From the human T2T-CHM13v2.0 reference genome, Homo sapiens, in the NCBI RefSeq assembly GCF_009914755.1, contig NC_060935.1: DNA of 64,000 nucleotides, one strand, 5' to 3'. Numbering within the stretch: position 1 is the first letter of the stretch; each line of letters begins with the position of its first letter. Shown piece after piece: positions 41,345 through 57,740 of the stretch. The position numbers and the translations under genes are program-made. The notes under the pieces are model-generated. The model was given only the letters and a program-made list of their open reading frames with translations. It was not told the origin of the DNA and searched no databases.

Positions 41345-41570
41345 CTCACCCAGGGTTCTAGTCTCAGCTTCACTACTTAATAGCTGCATGACCTTAGGTA
41401 AGTTACTTAACCTCTTTGAGCCTCAGTTGTTTTGTCAGTAATACACAGCTAAGTATAATACTTACCTCAAAGGGTTTCAGTAAGAATCCATTGACGTAAA
41501 GCTTGTAGATCACCTGACATAATGCCATGCACAGTGTAGACATCTGACAAATACCAGTTGTTGTTGTTAG
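41345..41570 (+). mobile_element. MIR
   Basis: TGACCTTAGGTAAGTTACTTAACCTCTTTGAGCCTCAGTT core. Confidence 0.8.
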
Positions 41571-44500
41571 CCACCATTCTATCAAAGCCTGTAGCCCACC
41601 CTGTTGCATGCGCCAGCTTCCTGTTTCTATGACCTGCCAAGGCAAAAAAAAAAAAACACCCAATCTTCCCAACTGACCCACACTCTCCTTCCCATGCCAT
41701 GGGATATATGACAGCCCATATGGGGTCTGTGTTTGCCCTGAAATCCCATGACTCTCCGCTCAACTGTTAAACATTTCAAATCCTCCTCCTCCCTATGGGT
41801 TCCTCTCTTGTTAATGTGATTATATGTCTGGATTGTTTCATTAAGCTCTTTTTCATAGAATGGCTGGTAGAACATGGAAGCTAATTATCATCTTAATTGG
41901 AGAAGACGAACTGGTAAATAATATGTGTTAATTATCAGGGAAAACCCTATAAAGGTTAATGAGAAATCAAAACTCATAAGCAAAGGTTCTTGGATTTCTG
42001 GACAGGTAATTCCCAAGCCTTGACAGCAACAGAGGTCAGGTGGCCACGGCCAGGCACCTACTGGGCCTTCCTTTGCGTGGGCCAGAAGATTAGAGCCACT
42101 GCTCTTTCTGATGCAGGAGAAGGTAATTCATAAACCTAGTATTTTCTTTAGACATTTATTTATTTTATAAAGCATTTGTCCCTTTTTTGTTGCAGTTTTC
42201 CCTCCAACTTTGTTGAGGTATACTTTAAGCATTTCTTAAAGGCCTTATACTTTTCTGGTGAGTTAGGGCTGTTGTTCTCTCCACATGGTAAGAGTACTGG
42301 GCACTAACTAAACCCATCGCCAGTGTGCTCTCCTGGCCTTGGATTTCCTCTTTCGAGAATGACCCAGGACCTCTCTCTTGAACGAACTCAGTCTGCCTTG
42401 CCCCTGGGCTTAGCTCTCCTCACCCACTCCCTTGGACTTCCTCCCTCACAACGCAAGAGCCCACAGTCTCCTTTAGAATCAACTCTGTGGTAAACAAATG
42501 TTCATGTTCCCCCAGATTCCTCAACCAAGTGGCCTCCTCTCTTCCCAGTTTAACTAAAACTTGGCACTTCCCTACAGATATTGACTCTCCTCCAGGTTTC
42601 TCAGTTAGTAAACACTCTTTCTTCCACAACCCAGAAATGTCTCATCAGGAGTTCATGGTCTAGGGGCACACAGACAAGTACCCAAACTTTTACAACCCAT
42701 GTCATTAGAGCTGCACAGAGGGTAGAAAAGAAAAGGTACAGACAGGTACAGACAGAGGGCCCAAAATCCAAATTTGGACATCAGAGAAGTATCCCAATAG
42801 AAAGTGACATCAAACTTGATAACAAAAATGGACAGAACTTAGACAAGCAAAGAAGGGGAGAAAGTTTCAATTACTTGGAAAAAGCATCATATTTTAAAAG
42901 CACAAATCCCAACAAATTACTCCCTTGCTTAAAATCTTCAATTGTTCCCCATTTTTTAAATCCACACAGCTGCAGGAGGGAACATTATTATCCACCATTT
43001 TATCCCCACTAGGCTCATAATAAGAATTTGATAAATATTTGGCAATACAAAAAATTAACATACAAAATACAAAAAAGACTTAACAAGACATTCATAGGTG
43101 AAACATTAAAAGCACAAAACAATGTAATTTGCTAAATTCCCTAGAAAACTATTATTTCTTCTTATAACAAAACCAGCATTTGGGTAATGCCTAGTGCAGT
43201 GTCACTTGCCTAGTTGGTACTTAACAAATGTTTGTTGAATACACGTAGCGTTTGGTAATTAAGGCACTTAAATTGTAATATTCTGTAATCCTGTGCCCTG
43301 TTATTCAATGTCTCCATGAAACAAACAAACAAACAAACAAAAAAACTGACGTTCTTAAAGGGTAAGTAAATTTCACAAGATCACTCAAGTAGTAAGTAGT
43401 AAAGTTACAACTAGATCTTATGACTTCCAGTGGCAACATCTATGCTCTTTTCAAGGAGCACATAGAATCTAGATGCATGAAAATTGTAGCATCAGGGAAG
43501 CCTTCACACAGGTGAAACTTGATCTGCGTCATGACGGATCAGTAGCATTGGGATAGACAGAAAGTGCAGCAAAGCAGGATTTCCTAGTGAGAGGACCTGC
43601 ATGAACACAGGGATGGGAACAGGGAAAACACGTGTCTTTCAAGGGACAGAAAGAATGTTGGTCCACTTTAGGCAGAGGGTCCACATCACTGCAGAAGCTC
43701 CTTATTCAAAGATCAATTGAATTCAAAGCACTGAATTCAAATAGCAACTCTTTCTCCGTAATAATTCAATAGCATCAGATTGACTCTGATTACAGGTAAC
43801 CATGGCAAAAAGGAAACATGTTAAGTTTCAGAAAGGAGGAAGTTCACCAGCTTCTCTTTTTCTACTCCAAGGCTCTGCAAGATGGTGATGCACATTTATC
43901 ATGCTGGGTGTGTGTGCTGAGGTCCTAAAGTGAGCCACATACTAGTAGGACCAGAAGAAGATGTCTATTTCCCCAAAGTTGTGTAAACCCATTGGAATTT
44001 ATTGATACCCAGAAGGCCTTGAACAGACCTTAGCGTAGTGTTATAAGCTTATCTGCTTGCAGATCCTAATAGGTTAAGAAGCTTCTGAAATAAAACTAGA
44101 GAACCAAGAAGGTGGTAGAACAAGAATTAAAGATTTCCATGAGAAGCTGGCGCTGCCTGGGGCTCAGCAACTGGTGCATGTGGCTGGAAATGGTAGCCCG
44201 TTGGGGAGGGGAGTGGACACCTTCTGAATAAGCATGCAGAGTTCGTTGGAGCTCATAAATGTCTAAATTGATATTCCATGTCAGTTGCATTTACACTAGC
44301 TTCTTCTCAATTTTGAATAATTTCTTCATGCTTGATAGGGAAACCAAGACTTTCCTGGCACTAAATTTTTTAAGCTTACATTTCAGAGATTTTATATTTT
44401 ATAACTTTCACTTCCTTATTATCCAGGCCATACTTGCACACAGATGAAATATGGTATAAACTACAGTAGAGCAAAAAGGAAAGAATGAAATTCGTCTGCA

Positions 44501-44600
44501 ACCCCAGCACCGAGAGACAAGTATAGTTAACTGGGTATGTATTTTTCCAGAATCTTTGCATAATTTTTAAAATAAAAATAAGATCAAACTGTGCATACAA

Positions 44601-44906
44601 TTTTATTTTATTTTACTAATGTATGTATATATTTTAGAGACAATGTCTCCCTCTGTCGCCCAGGCTGGAGTATACTGCCCTGATCATAGCTCACTGCAGC
44701 CTCGAACTCCTGGGCTCAAGCAATCTTCCTGCTTCAGTCTCCTGAGTAGCTGGGACTATAAGCACATTAGCTAGCTGCCATGCTTAGCTAGTGTTCTTGG
44801 CTTTTGTGGAGACGGGGTCTCACTATGTTGCCCAGGCCAGCCTCAAACTCCTGGTCTCAAGCCTTCCAAAGTGCCGGGATTACAGCCATGAGCCACTGTG
44901 TCCAGC
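44601..44906 (-). mobile_element. AluJ-like inside an old reverse L1M fragment (~44410-45170)
   Basis: GATCATAGCTCACTGCAGCCTCGAACTCCTGGGCTCAAGC is AluJ-diagnostic. Confidence 0.9.
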
Positions 44907-47900
44907 GTGTACATTTTATATTATATATGCTGATTTTTTTTGCAAGGCTCTCCAATATGCTGGTTTTTAATTTGACAATATAACATTCAGCATCTCTTCA
45001 CATCAATAAATAGTCATCCACAGCATTGTTTTTATAGTCATACAGTGTTCTATTGTGTTGGTGCCACTGGTGATCCATTGTTTGACATCTAAGTTGTCTC
45101 CAATCATCAGATATTATAACCATAAATGATGCTTTGGTGAGTCTTTGCATGCATCCTGAATTATTCCCTCAGGGCTCCTTGTCCCTTTCCAGCTTCTTCC
45201 TGCTTAAAGCACCTTCACTGTTGCTCCTCTTTCTGGCCAAACTGAACGTCTTCAGGTTTTTTGAACTTGTCACGCTGTTTGCCTCTGTGCTTTTGTACAT
45301 CCTCATTCCACTGCCTAGCACACTCTCCACTGCCTGAGCACCCTTATCCATTCATCTTTTAGCTCTCAACAGAGACATCACTTCCTCAGATGAGTCTCCT
45401 CTGACACCCACCTCCACCACAGACCTCTGCACCTCTCATGTCACCACCGTCACCCACTCTTCATTCTCTTACGGCAGGAATCAGCCTGTGTTGTAGCATC
45501 CTGTTGCCCTGTCTTTTTCCTTCACTGAGCTGTAATGTCCACAAGGCTAGAAACCATGTCTGCAGTGGTCAATGTACCTAGAACAGTGCCCAACACATAA
45601 TAGGTACTCCATGAACATCTGTTTAATGATCAATAAGTACCTTCCTCACTGTAAAACTGCTGCATCAAAGGCATGCCCTTGTTAAGTCTTGTGACACACA
45701 CCGCTCCCTGGAAAAGCCTTGCCTTTACAGTTTACCTCTACTCCCACAGTGTGCGAGGGTGCACATTTCCCCACATCTTGGATAGTCTTGCAAAAAAATC
45801 TGAGAAGACTTTCTTTCCATGGGGCTTTATTTAAAGGGCATCGATTGGAATGATGTGCAGTGGGTTATTCAGGAGTCTCAACGCAGTGGGGTATAAACAT
45901 GAAAATTAATTTTTTCTAGTCACTGCTTTCTGCTGTGTTCTGTCAAATCCCTTTCTCCCATCCCTTGATATTTTGGGCAGAAAGTGAATAAATATTCCTG
46001 TCACTTTCAGTTACTAAAAACTCAGTCCAGTCCATTTAAAACTCCAAATTCATATCTGGTTCAAAGCTCTTCCTTTTGTCAATGTCCCAAACCCCAGGAA
46101 GACTGTGGCTTTAGGGACTTGGAGGTGGGGGAGCAGCATGGTCTCCTCCTTCACTTCTCTTCCTCCTCTTCCTCCCTTCTCTGGATCTAGCGGTTCTAGA
46201 CTTGGGGGCAGGAAGGAAGGATGGGGAGGCAGGAGGCATCTCAGTGTGGCCGAGAGTGATGGTGGTGAGGAGGCATCTCTGATCTCAGCCTGGCTCACCC
46301 TGGCTCTGTGGGAGGTTAGTGGACCCCGCTGAGTGGCAGTCTCCACATGGAGGGTGGGGTCTTTTTTTGGAGCAATATTCAGCTCAACCCGGGTCTCCTC
46401 TCCTAGAAGGAACCACTTGAAAAGGAGGTGGTAATGCCCCCCTTCAACCTGCACTGTGCCCCCCTCTCTCTGAGTGGTGCCTTCCCGACTTATTCTGGCA
46501 ACCAGCTGGGCAGCCCGCAGTTCCTGCCCTTCCATTCCATGCCCCTTGTGTGGAACCATAGGCAATACTGTGGACTTCCACTGTGTCCTCCAAGGGCTGC
46601 TGAGACCCAGGATGGGGTAACCCCAGTGCTTCTTTCCCAGGCCCTCTGCAGCCCCTTCTCCCTCCACTGGCATGGGCCATCTCCACAGGTCTTAGAGAGT
46701 CTCTAGAGCAGAGTGCCAGTGCAGTGGTCTCTGTGATCATGTGTCTTCCCATGGGGAGATAAGGGAATTGCCCCCACCACCAACACTGTAAGGTTGCAGC
46801 TCTGGTGCCATCTCCCCATACCATTCCCCAGTCCTCTCTTGGTATCTGCAAGAGTGAGGAGCAGAAGGCAGGACGGAGAGTGGCTTGAAGGGGGAAGGTC
46901 AGTTCTGCAACCAGTTTGCAAACCTGTGGTTTACAAACCACATTGCCAGGACATGTTAGCCCTGCTCCCAGGCAGCTCTGTTTAGAATGCAGGCTTCCTC
47001 AGTGCCTCTTCTCCTCTGCTTTGGTTTGGGCCTTAGCCACAATTCTGGGGCATCAGAAAAATCCCCCTCATTATTTTGCTGCAGATATAACAGTCATGAT
47101 CCTCAACAGTATGGTTATGATAATTGCAGAAATAGACTGCACATGGCTATTTCTTGTAGCAGCACTGGATAAAAGCTAAGGGTAAGACTAGGCAATTTGG
47201 ATTAAAAGGAAAATAGTCACATAAAGCAAGAGAGACAGAGCCTAGAGCCCTGCAGTGTGGGAGTGAGGGAGGGTGAAGAGGGGACAACGAGTTGAGTAGG
47301 GGTTCATGTGCCTCTGGGGCCCAGAGGGTCAAGAGACCTCTCTGTCCGCTTTTGTCCACTGTCTGGGGCAATTGGATATCTCTTGCGAAGCAGGGAGGGA
47401 GAAAGAGACCCCAGTGAAACCCTCTCACCCTGCCTCAGTCCTCCAAATGTCACATCTATTTGAGCTGATGCTCTGACCAAAGCTCCTCCCTCCTCACTGT
47501 CACTGGCCAGAACAATCCATACATTCATTTCCCAGAGCCTGAGCTATTACAGGTGATTGAATAGGTGCAGAAGTGCCCATGGATTGGGAGAGGGATGGCC
47601 AGGGATTGTTTCCAGCACCCAGCATCCATGAGAAAAAGCACCTTGGATAGGATCTCAATAAATCAATCACAGTGTGAGGCCCTCCCAGCTCTCTGGCATG
47701 GTCTGTTGAAATAAGATCCTCACTATTGCAATTATAGTCAGAGTGTGGGGAGCCTTGGGATTCATTAGTTTTGACTTCAGCAGCACTGATTTCTTGTTTA
47801 GTAATTAGCTCACCAGAGCCCCTGATGGCATAATCTTTTCATTTACATAATTAAGACATAAATCTTGAGCCTGGATAGTAGCCAGGGCACTGGGGACTGG

Positions 47901-48068
47901 ACACCAAGGGCAGCAGGTGGTTGACAGCTTGTATTCCCAGTACCACTTTCTCACCAGCTGATCTCATTGACCTCCGTGACTTCAATGGGCTCAGAACTTC
48001 TTAGATACATATTTTTGAAAGCTCACGCTAAGGAAATCAATCCATTTAAACTAGGTTTAGAGAAAGGC

Positions 48069-48611
48069 TGTGATGGTTTTAAAACACGCTCATAATTCCT
48101 TTGACACATCTTCCTTCATCAGGTGTAATCTAATTCCCCTTCCTTTCAATGTGGGCCAGATGTAATACTATGCTTCTAATGAGCAGAATATGGCAGAAGT
48201 GATGGCGTATGATTTCAGAGTTCAAAAGGCATCACTGCTACTATATCTCTCTCTCTCTCTCTCATCACTTGTTCTAGGGAAGCTGACTACCATGTTGCAA
48301 TGATACTCAGCCTGTGGAGAGCCCACATTGGGAAAACAGAGGCCTCCTATTGAGGGCCAGCACCAACTTGCCAGCCACAAGAGTGAACCCCCTTCAAAGC
48401 AGATCCTCCAGCTCCAGCCAAGCATTCAGATGACTGCAGACCTGGCTGACTTCTTGATTACCACCTCAAGAGAGACCCCACATCAGAAATACCCAGCTAA
48501 GCCACTCTCAAATTCCCAACCCACAGAAACTGTGAGGATAATACATGTTTATTGTTGTTTTAAGCCACCAAGTTTTAAGGTAATTTGTTACACACAATCA
48601 ATAACTAATCC
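48069..48611 (+). mobile_element. MaLR solo LTR (MLT1F-like)
   Basis: TGTG start; CAGAATATGGCAGAAGTGATG...CCCAGCTAAGCCACTC..ACAGAAACTGTGAG..TGTTGTTTTAAGCCAC...ATAACTAAT end. Confidence 0.88.
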
Positions 48612-48689
48612 AGAGGGTATTTCTCATCCCAATGCTGCTTCCTCAAGGAAGAAATGGTCCGATATCAAGACCAAGACAACTAAAACTGT

Positions 48690-50602
<1,913 letters not shown>

Positions 50603-50619
50603 ATTAAAGAACATTCTTA

Positions 50620-50862
50620 AGTGAAACTGGAATTTTTTAAACTGTGGCACATTGTGGTGAATAATATGATGACTACTAGTACAGTCTGGTACCACTAACT
50701 TGATTCATGCTAAGGCATCAGCAGTTTTGCCACCACTGTTTTTGCACCATCGGTGCAACTGTCAACTTGGTGAAAAGAGTAAACAATGTCTTATAAAAAT
50801 TTTCATCTCATGAATGTCTTAGGGATCCCTAGAGGTAGCACACATACTTTGAAAACCACTGC
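50620..50862. mobile_element. Charlie1-like hAT DNA transposon end
   Basis: GACTACTAGTACAG..CTTGATTCATGCTAAGG...TTTTGCACCATC...ACTTTGAAAACCACTG (terminal CACTG). Confidence 0.7.
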
Positions 50863-51058
50863 TGAGGAAAAATGAATGCCAATGGGTACCAGGAAACATC
50901 CATAAGAATGTTTGCAGAGCATTGCTTAAAGTAGTCGTGAATTGGAAATAACCTGAAAGTTCTTCGGCTATAGAACTGATAAATGAACTATTCTTACCAA
51001 TAAGAATTAACAAATAAGCCGTACTCACCAATGGAATAATATATAGCAATAAAAATTA

Positions 51059-51365
<307 letters not shown>

Positions 51366-52590
51366 TGGTAATTGCTAACCGTTATATGAAACAATATGCA
51401 GTAATACCACAAGCAAGACGTCCCTGCTGGTGGCACCTGGAGGGCACATCTGAGGCCTCAGGTGCTCCTAGGGATTATGAAGACAGAGAACAGGCTTTAT
51501 TCTCCTTAGATCCAGGCAAGAGTAAAGTTTCCAGCAACAGAGGACCAGATTTTTATTTCCTTGAGCCTGGAGAAAAGACAAAGACTTTTTATACTTTTCA
51601 GAGAGGTAAGGTGAGCTTAGCCAGCAGAAGATGGTGAATCTGCTTGGAGAGGGACTGTAGTTGCCTGTGTTATTTGGTTCTAAAAAGGAGAATTTGTCCA
51701 ATCCTACTGTTTCTGATGGTCCAGGAGGAAAAGTGCACTGGTGGAATTTCTCCAAGGACTTTCTATTAGTAGACTGAGGTGCAAGAAAATATCCCCTCGA
51801 CCTTTAACAGAAGATAATGAATTATCCGTTCAATCATCTCTGGTTCAAATAGGCAGAAATCATTGCGTGTTCCACTATTTGTCAATTTAACACCATCAGT
51901 AGAAACCTCACCAACCTGCCCTCTGTGAGGATGAAGGAATCGCAAACCATGAGAAGGTAAAATAATATTACAAATCTTTTAAGGGCACTCTGGAAGGGCT
52001 GATGGATGAGACATATGAGAATATTAATTTTAAAAAGTGGTGAGGGCAGTCAAGGAGATACAATGTGAGCACAAAGAGATGTTCAGAAGCTAACAACAAG
52101 ACAAGAAAACCCTAAATATTTAATAGATAAAGTAAACTGAGGAGCAGGGTAGTCACTACTGAGCATCACATTAAAGATCTAGGAAATCAAGGGAAATGCT
52201 TTAAGGAACAGAGCCAAGACACAAAAACAAATTAATAAAAGAAAAAGATCATCAGCTTGGAAAAAAATCTGGGGACCTAATAAGCAAAGAATAGAAGATT
52301 CAGAAGAAGAGAGGAACGAATGAAGAAGACAATTTCTCCTGAGCTTCAGATAGACTTGAATTCGCAGATTGAAAGGATGTAGAAAATTCAACTCAGGACT
52401 TATGAAAATAGATTCACACCTATAAATAACCTAGTGAAATTCCTAAAATATAATATTGAAACTTCTTATAGGGTGAAAAAACATTAACAGTTTCCAAATT
52501 GGGTAGGTAGGGAGTAGGAAACATGCATGAAAGAGAATCAGACTAGCATAAGATTTCTCATTTGCAACACTGCAATTAGAAGGCAGCAGA

Positions 52591-52768
52591 AATTAGCTGG
52601 CCATGGTGGCACACACCTGTAGTCCTAGTTACTCAGGAGGCTGCTTGAGCCTGGGAAGTTGAGGTTGCAGTGAGCCATGATTGCACCACTGCATTCTAGC
52701 CTGGGAGACAGAGTGAGACCTTGTCTCAAAAAACAAAAAAAAAGAAAAAACGAAAAAAAAAAAAAGAG
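52591..52768 (+). mobile_element. Alu right-arm monomer (FRAM-like or truncated Alu) in an old L1 ORF1-region remnant
   Basis: Perfect 12-bp TSD GAAGGCAGCAGA at 52579-52590 and 52769-52780. Confidence 0.9.
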
Positions 52769-53286
52769 GAAGGCAGCAGAGTGACAACTGTTCTAGAAAC
52801 CAAGGTTCATCTTGAGAGAGATAGATATGTGGAAGTATGCAAATAATGGAAAAATGATTTTAATGTCATAGTAGAAGTTATCAGTGTAATTATGACTGTT
52901 AGGAATGGGAACATAATCAACAACAAAATCAGAAAGCATAATAAAACATCACAATTAACAGGAATAAGAGAATAAGCAGAAATTCAACTAAGCCAAATAT
53001 ATGAATATTTCCTGTGTTTGCCTTCCCAATATTCATTTCTCCCTTCTTCTGCTAACATTACCCAGATGTTCTTTTCACTCAATAAACACTAATGCAGCAC
53101 TTGCTATTGGTGTCATGTGCTTTTCTAAGTTTTTCACAAATTTTAACTTTTTTAATCCTCCTAGTAGTTCATTTTACTGAAGAGGGACAAAAAGAAGGTA
53201 GAAATAGGCACTTGACCCAAGATGAACAAACTGTGAGCACTTTATTGAATGTTCTGCTAGAATTATTGTTAAAAAGATACTTTCTT

Positions 53287-53647
<361 letters not shown>

Positions 53648-53810
53648 TTAAAAACTGTTCCTCCATTTCCAGAAGTTCCATGATTCTACCATTCCACAGA
53701 AGAAATCAAATACCTTCACATAAGCAACCAGCACAGTAACAATGGCATTTAACACACATGGATGCACCCCTACATGTTGACTCAGAAATTACACTTTGGA
53801 GACTCTTTTA

Positions 53811-54124
<314 letters not shown>

Positions 54125-57100
54125 CTCAGTACCTAAGTGTATATTTGCTTATTTCACTATTGCCTGTAATGACCAAAGGACACAGAAAAAAACTGGAAAC
54201 CAAGTGACTATCCATTAGTAGAAGATTGGTTGACTAAATGGTGGTTCATTTGTGAAATACTATCTTGCTGTTGTTTGAAGGAGTTAAACCTACTGTATAT
54301 TGTTTGATCCACACTCTTAGCCACCACCCAATACTGTGTCCCAACAAAATCTATATTAGAAAGAGTATTTCACTTTTATAATGAAGGATGAATACAGATA
54401 TAGTTTTAAAAGATGAAACAAACAGGTCATCTCTCTGCTGAGACTCTTGCTGTAATCTAGTGGCCTTACTCTCCAGGCACATTCCTGCACCCCAGCCATT
54501 TGGAAGAGGGAGGCTGGGCACCCACGACTAGCCAGAACTGCCTTCCCCAAAGTCAGACAGCAGAAGCAAGGGAGGACCCTGGAGTCAGGCCGGGAAGGCA
54601 AGCAGAGGGGATAAAATGTCATCAGTTCCTCCTGACAGGTGAGCAGTGGTGGGAAAAAAAAAAATGGAGCTGGGATTTGGGTCTGATGAAGAAACTAGGA
54701 TTTGCTCATTGAAAACTCAGGTCATATGGGGCCAGCAGAACAAGGAACAGCAGTGGGTTAAGTGAGTAGGAAGACTTCGGAGCCAGAATAACCTGGGTTT
54801 GGAAATTCTGGTTGTTCCACAACCAGTGAGGCTAGGCAGCTGCCTCACCCTATTTTGTCTTTTGTCAAATGGGAATAATGACATTTACCTCCTAGGTGTG
54901 ATGAGAAGAGTAAATGCAGTGATGAATGTAAAATAGACACTGCAGATGCTCAACAATAACTGCCATCATTATTTGCATCTGGGTATGTATCCATTCATAG
55001 CAGATGCTCAGCAATGGCCACCAGCATCAGCATCATCACAGTGCTTTCCTAGGCTTCCCTGGAGACAAAAAGAGAGGGAGAAGGTTTTCTCTGCCCTCCT
55101 TGCTCCCTGCTCCATAACCCCAGAACCTCCTTGTGTTTCCTCTTTTATTATCTGCACGCAGCTGAGGAACGCAGCCTTTAAACAGCCTAAATGGCAGGAA
55201 GCCAAGGAAGGCACCATCACAAGAGTGTCCTGGTAATAACTGGCCTTGATTCATTAATGCAAATGGTTTGAGTGTGCACTGTGCCGATGAAGACACCAGG
55301 ATTTGAGAACCAAGTTTAGTTATCTCTTCCAGGGCTAAGTTTTGATTGGTGTATGTGAGAGAAAGAGAGACGGGGAAACAGAGACAGACAGAAACACACA
55401 CACAGAAACAGAGACAAAGGCAGAGCCAGAGACAGAAGGAGGGAGAGAATACTGGCTTGCTTTACCCAAGAGTAGAGCAAAGAGGGAGATAGTATCATGA
55501 AGTTCAAATGTCATTCACGAAAACCAGAAAGTTATTACCCTCATGTTCATGCAGATCGATCCTGTAGGTATTTAGATAGAAAATGCTCTGCTCTTGATAA
55601 GCTGTTTGGCTCAGTCATCCAACTCTATTGTGTCATCTGAATCTGGTTGGATAGCTAGGCAGCAGGGGTGGTACCAGTGGACTGGTAAATGTACAGGACC
55701 CGAAGATCAGAGGGTTCTTTGTTCATTCCCTCCCAGACAGGGTGAGCCACAGCTACCTCCCAGACAGAAGGAAAGCCTCTTTTTAAAAGATCCTTGAAGC
55801 CCCTCTGATACTGCTTGTCACTCGGACTCTTTCCAAAGAAAAGAAGTCTCCCAACTTTCTTGCTTATGTGCTCACTGCTCTCAGGATCAAGAAACTCTTC
55901 CCCTGAATTTCCACGGTGATTTTACTGTGTGTTAAACACTCCCTCCTTGATAGAAGCAGAAAACAGCGACGTCCCTCTTCTCTGAATAAACTGTCCCTCA
56001 CAGAACTGCAGGACATCTTTCTGTCTTCCATGAAAAAGGTCCCAATCCCAGACTTCACAACTCTGCCCTAATCATAAACACACCTCTCTGTCCTGTCCCT
56101 GTCTCTTTCACCACACTTCAGGCCCACTAACACGGCAGAGATGACAGAAGAGGCGAAAATAGACAGCTTGCATGCAGGATTAGAGTTGGGGGTGATGTCT
56201 TCTGTTAACTGATGCTGAGTGCTGACTCTCCTGGTATCCACGTGGGCCTTGGTCTTTGAGACTAACCCGATTCTTTTATCTCACCTGGCGTCCTGAACAC
56301 CCTATTGTCTGCCTGTCATGTCTCTTTTCTTTATAGCCCTCACCTATTTCCTCACCTATCTATCACCTTTATTCCCTCACCTGTCTATCACCTTCAAGTC
56401 TCTGTTAGCAGCCACAGTGGCCCTGGTGTGTAGTCACTGAAAATATCCCTCTCCTAGTAGGCTGGCCAGCCTCTTTCAGGTTCACCACTTCCCTCTCATC
56501 ACTTCACACTAGGAAGCTGAAGTTAGTTTGATTTTATCTCCCTTGGCAAAATCGTAGCTCCGTGACTCCATAATTCAAGGCAGCTGCCCTGGGTTGGCCT
56601 TCTCATTCTGTCTATTGCATAACAAGCTCCTTTGTTCCTGCCTGAGTGTCGACGTTGCTTAAATGTGACAATGCTCCCTTTGTTCTTCTCCTCCCAGTGC
56701 ATCCACGTCAGCGGTTCCACACCACTCCACCATGAAAACCAAATCAGCAGAGGCCCCCTGGAAACTGATGAGTGATGCCTCAGAAACTCACCCCAGATGC
56801 TAAGGAAATGCCCATTATTGGCCCCTTCTTTGTTGTCTCAGAATTGCTTTAGGGCCTTGTCACTTTGTCAGTCACACAAGTAATGAGCTGTTAGGTCTCA
56901 CCTACCTCAGCCAATTTCATGGTCATTTCTGGACTCACTTAAGTTTCCCTAGCATTATAGATTCCCAAGCAAGACAGTGACCTGAAGAGGTCATCGGATC
57001 CATCTCCAGCTTCCAGCCTAACCAACTGCCTGTCCATGGTCTAAGGCTACTGTTCCCTTCAACCTTCGTAAAGATCCCGGATGAAGGAGGTATTCTATTC

Positions 57101-57740
57101 CCATTTCACAGATGAAAAGAATGAGGCTGGGTGAGGACACGAGGCTAGGAAGAGGTGGCACTGGCCAGAAACCCAGATGAGGGGCTCATTTCACTACCTT
57201 AGAATGGCCCTACAGAATTAGGAAAAACAGTTCAAGACCATTTTCTCCTCTGCTTCTCGGCTACCCCTGACCAGGAGTAATAGGGCTTGAAAGAGGGCCT
57301 ATGGTCCAAGAAGTAACTGAGTCCCATGATTTAATTCTGTGAAGCAGGGTTCCTTGGGGAATGAGGGCAGAAGGTAAGCATAACTATTGTGTTGACAACA
57401 AAACCCCAAGATGTTGCAGATAGCACAGTCCCTGGAAGCCAGGGCTTTCCTCTCAATGTCCCCTAGTATGGGGGAAAGAGAATAGAAGCACTGGTGAAAT
57501 ACAAACTCACAAGTCTCCAGCCCAAGCCACAGCTCCCCATTGAGGTCTTCTAGACAGGGAATCAGTCCAGCAGAGGAGCCTGGAAATGTAGGTGATGATT
57601 CCAAGTCTCTCTTGCTAAAGTTGCTGGCTTCCTGCATATTTGGATCCTACAGCTTAGCTGCCTCGCTCTGTGAGATGAGACTCCCTGAGTTTGGTTGGGA
57701 GCAGGTCCCCCTCCCTAAGCTAAAGAATTGGTGGGGGTGC

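Noticed and set aside
46050-46941. 207-aa and 165-aa minus-strand ORFs in unique sequence
   Set aside because: No recognisable domain, exon structure or promoter; overlapping frames on both strands suggest chance in moderately GC-rich DNA.
57025-57046. REST/RE1-like sequence CTGTCCATGGTCTAA
   Set aside because: Only one half-site matches; the GTGCTGAA half is broken.
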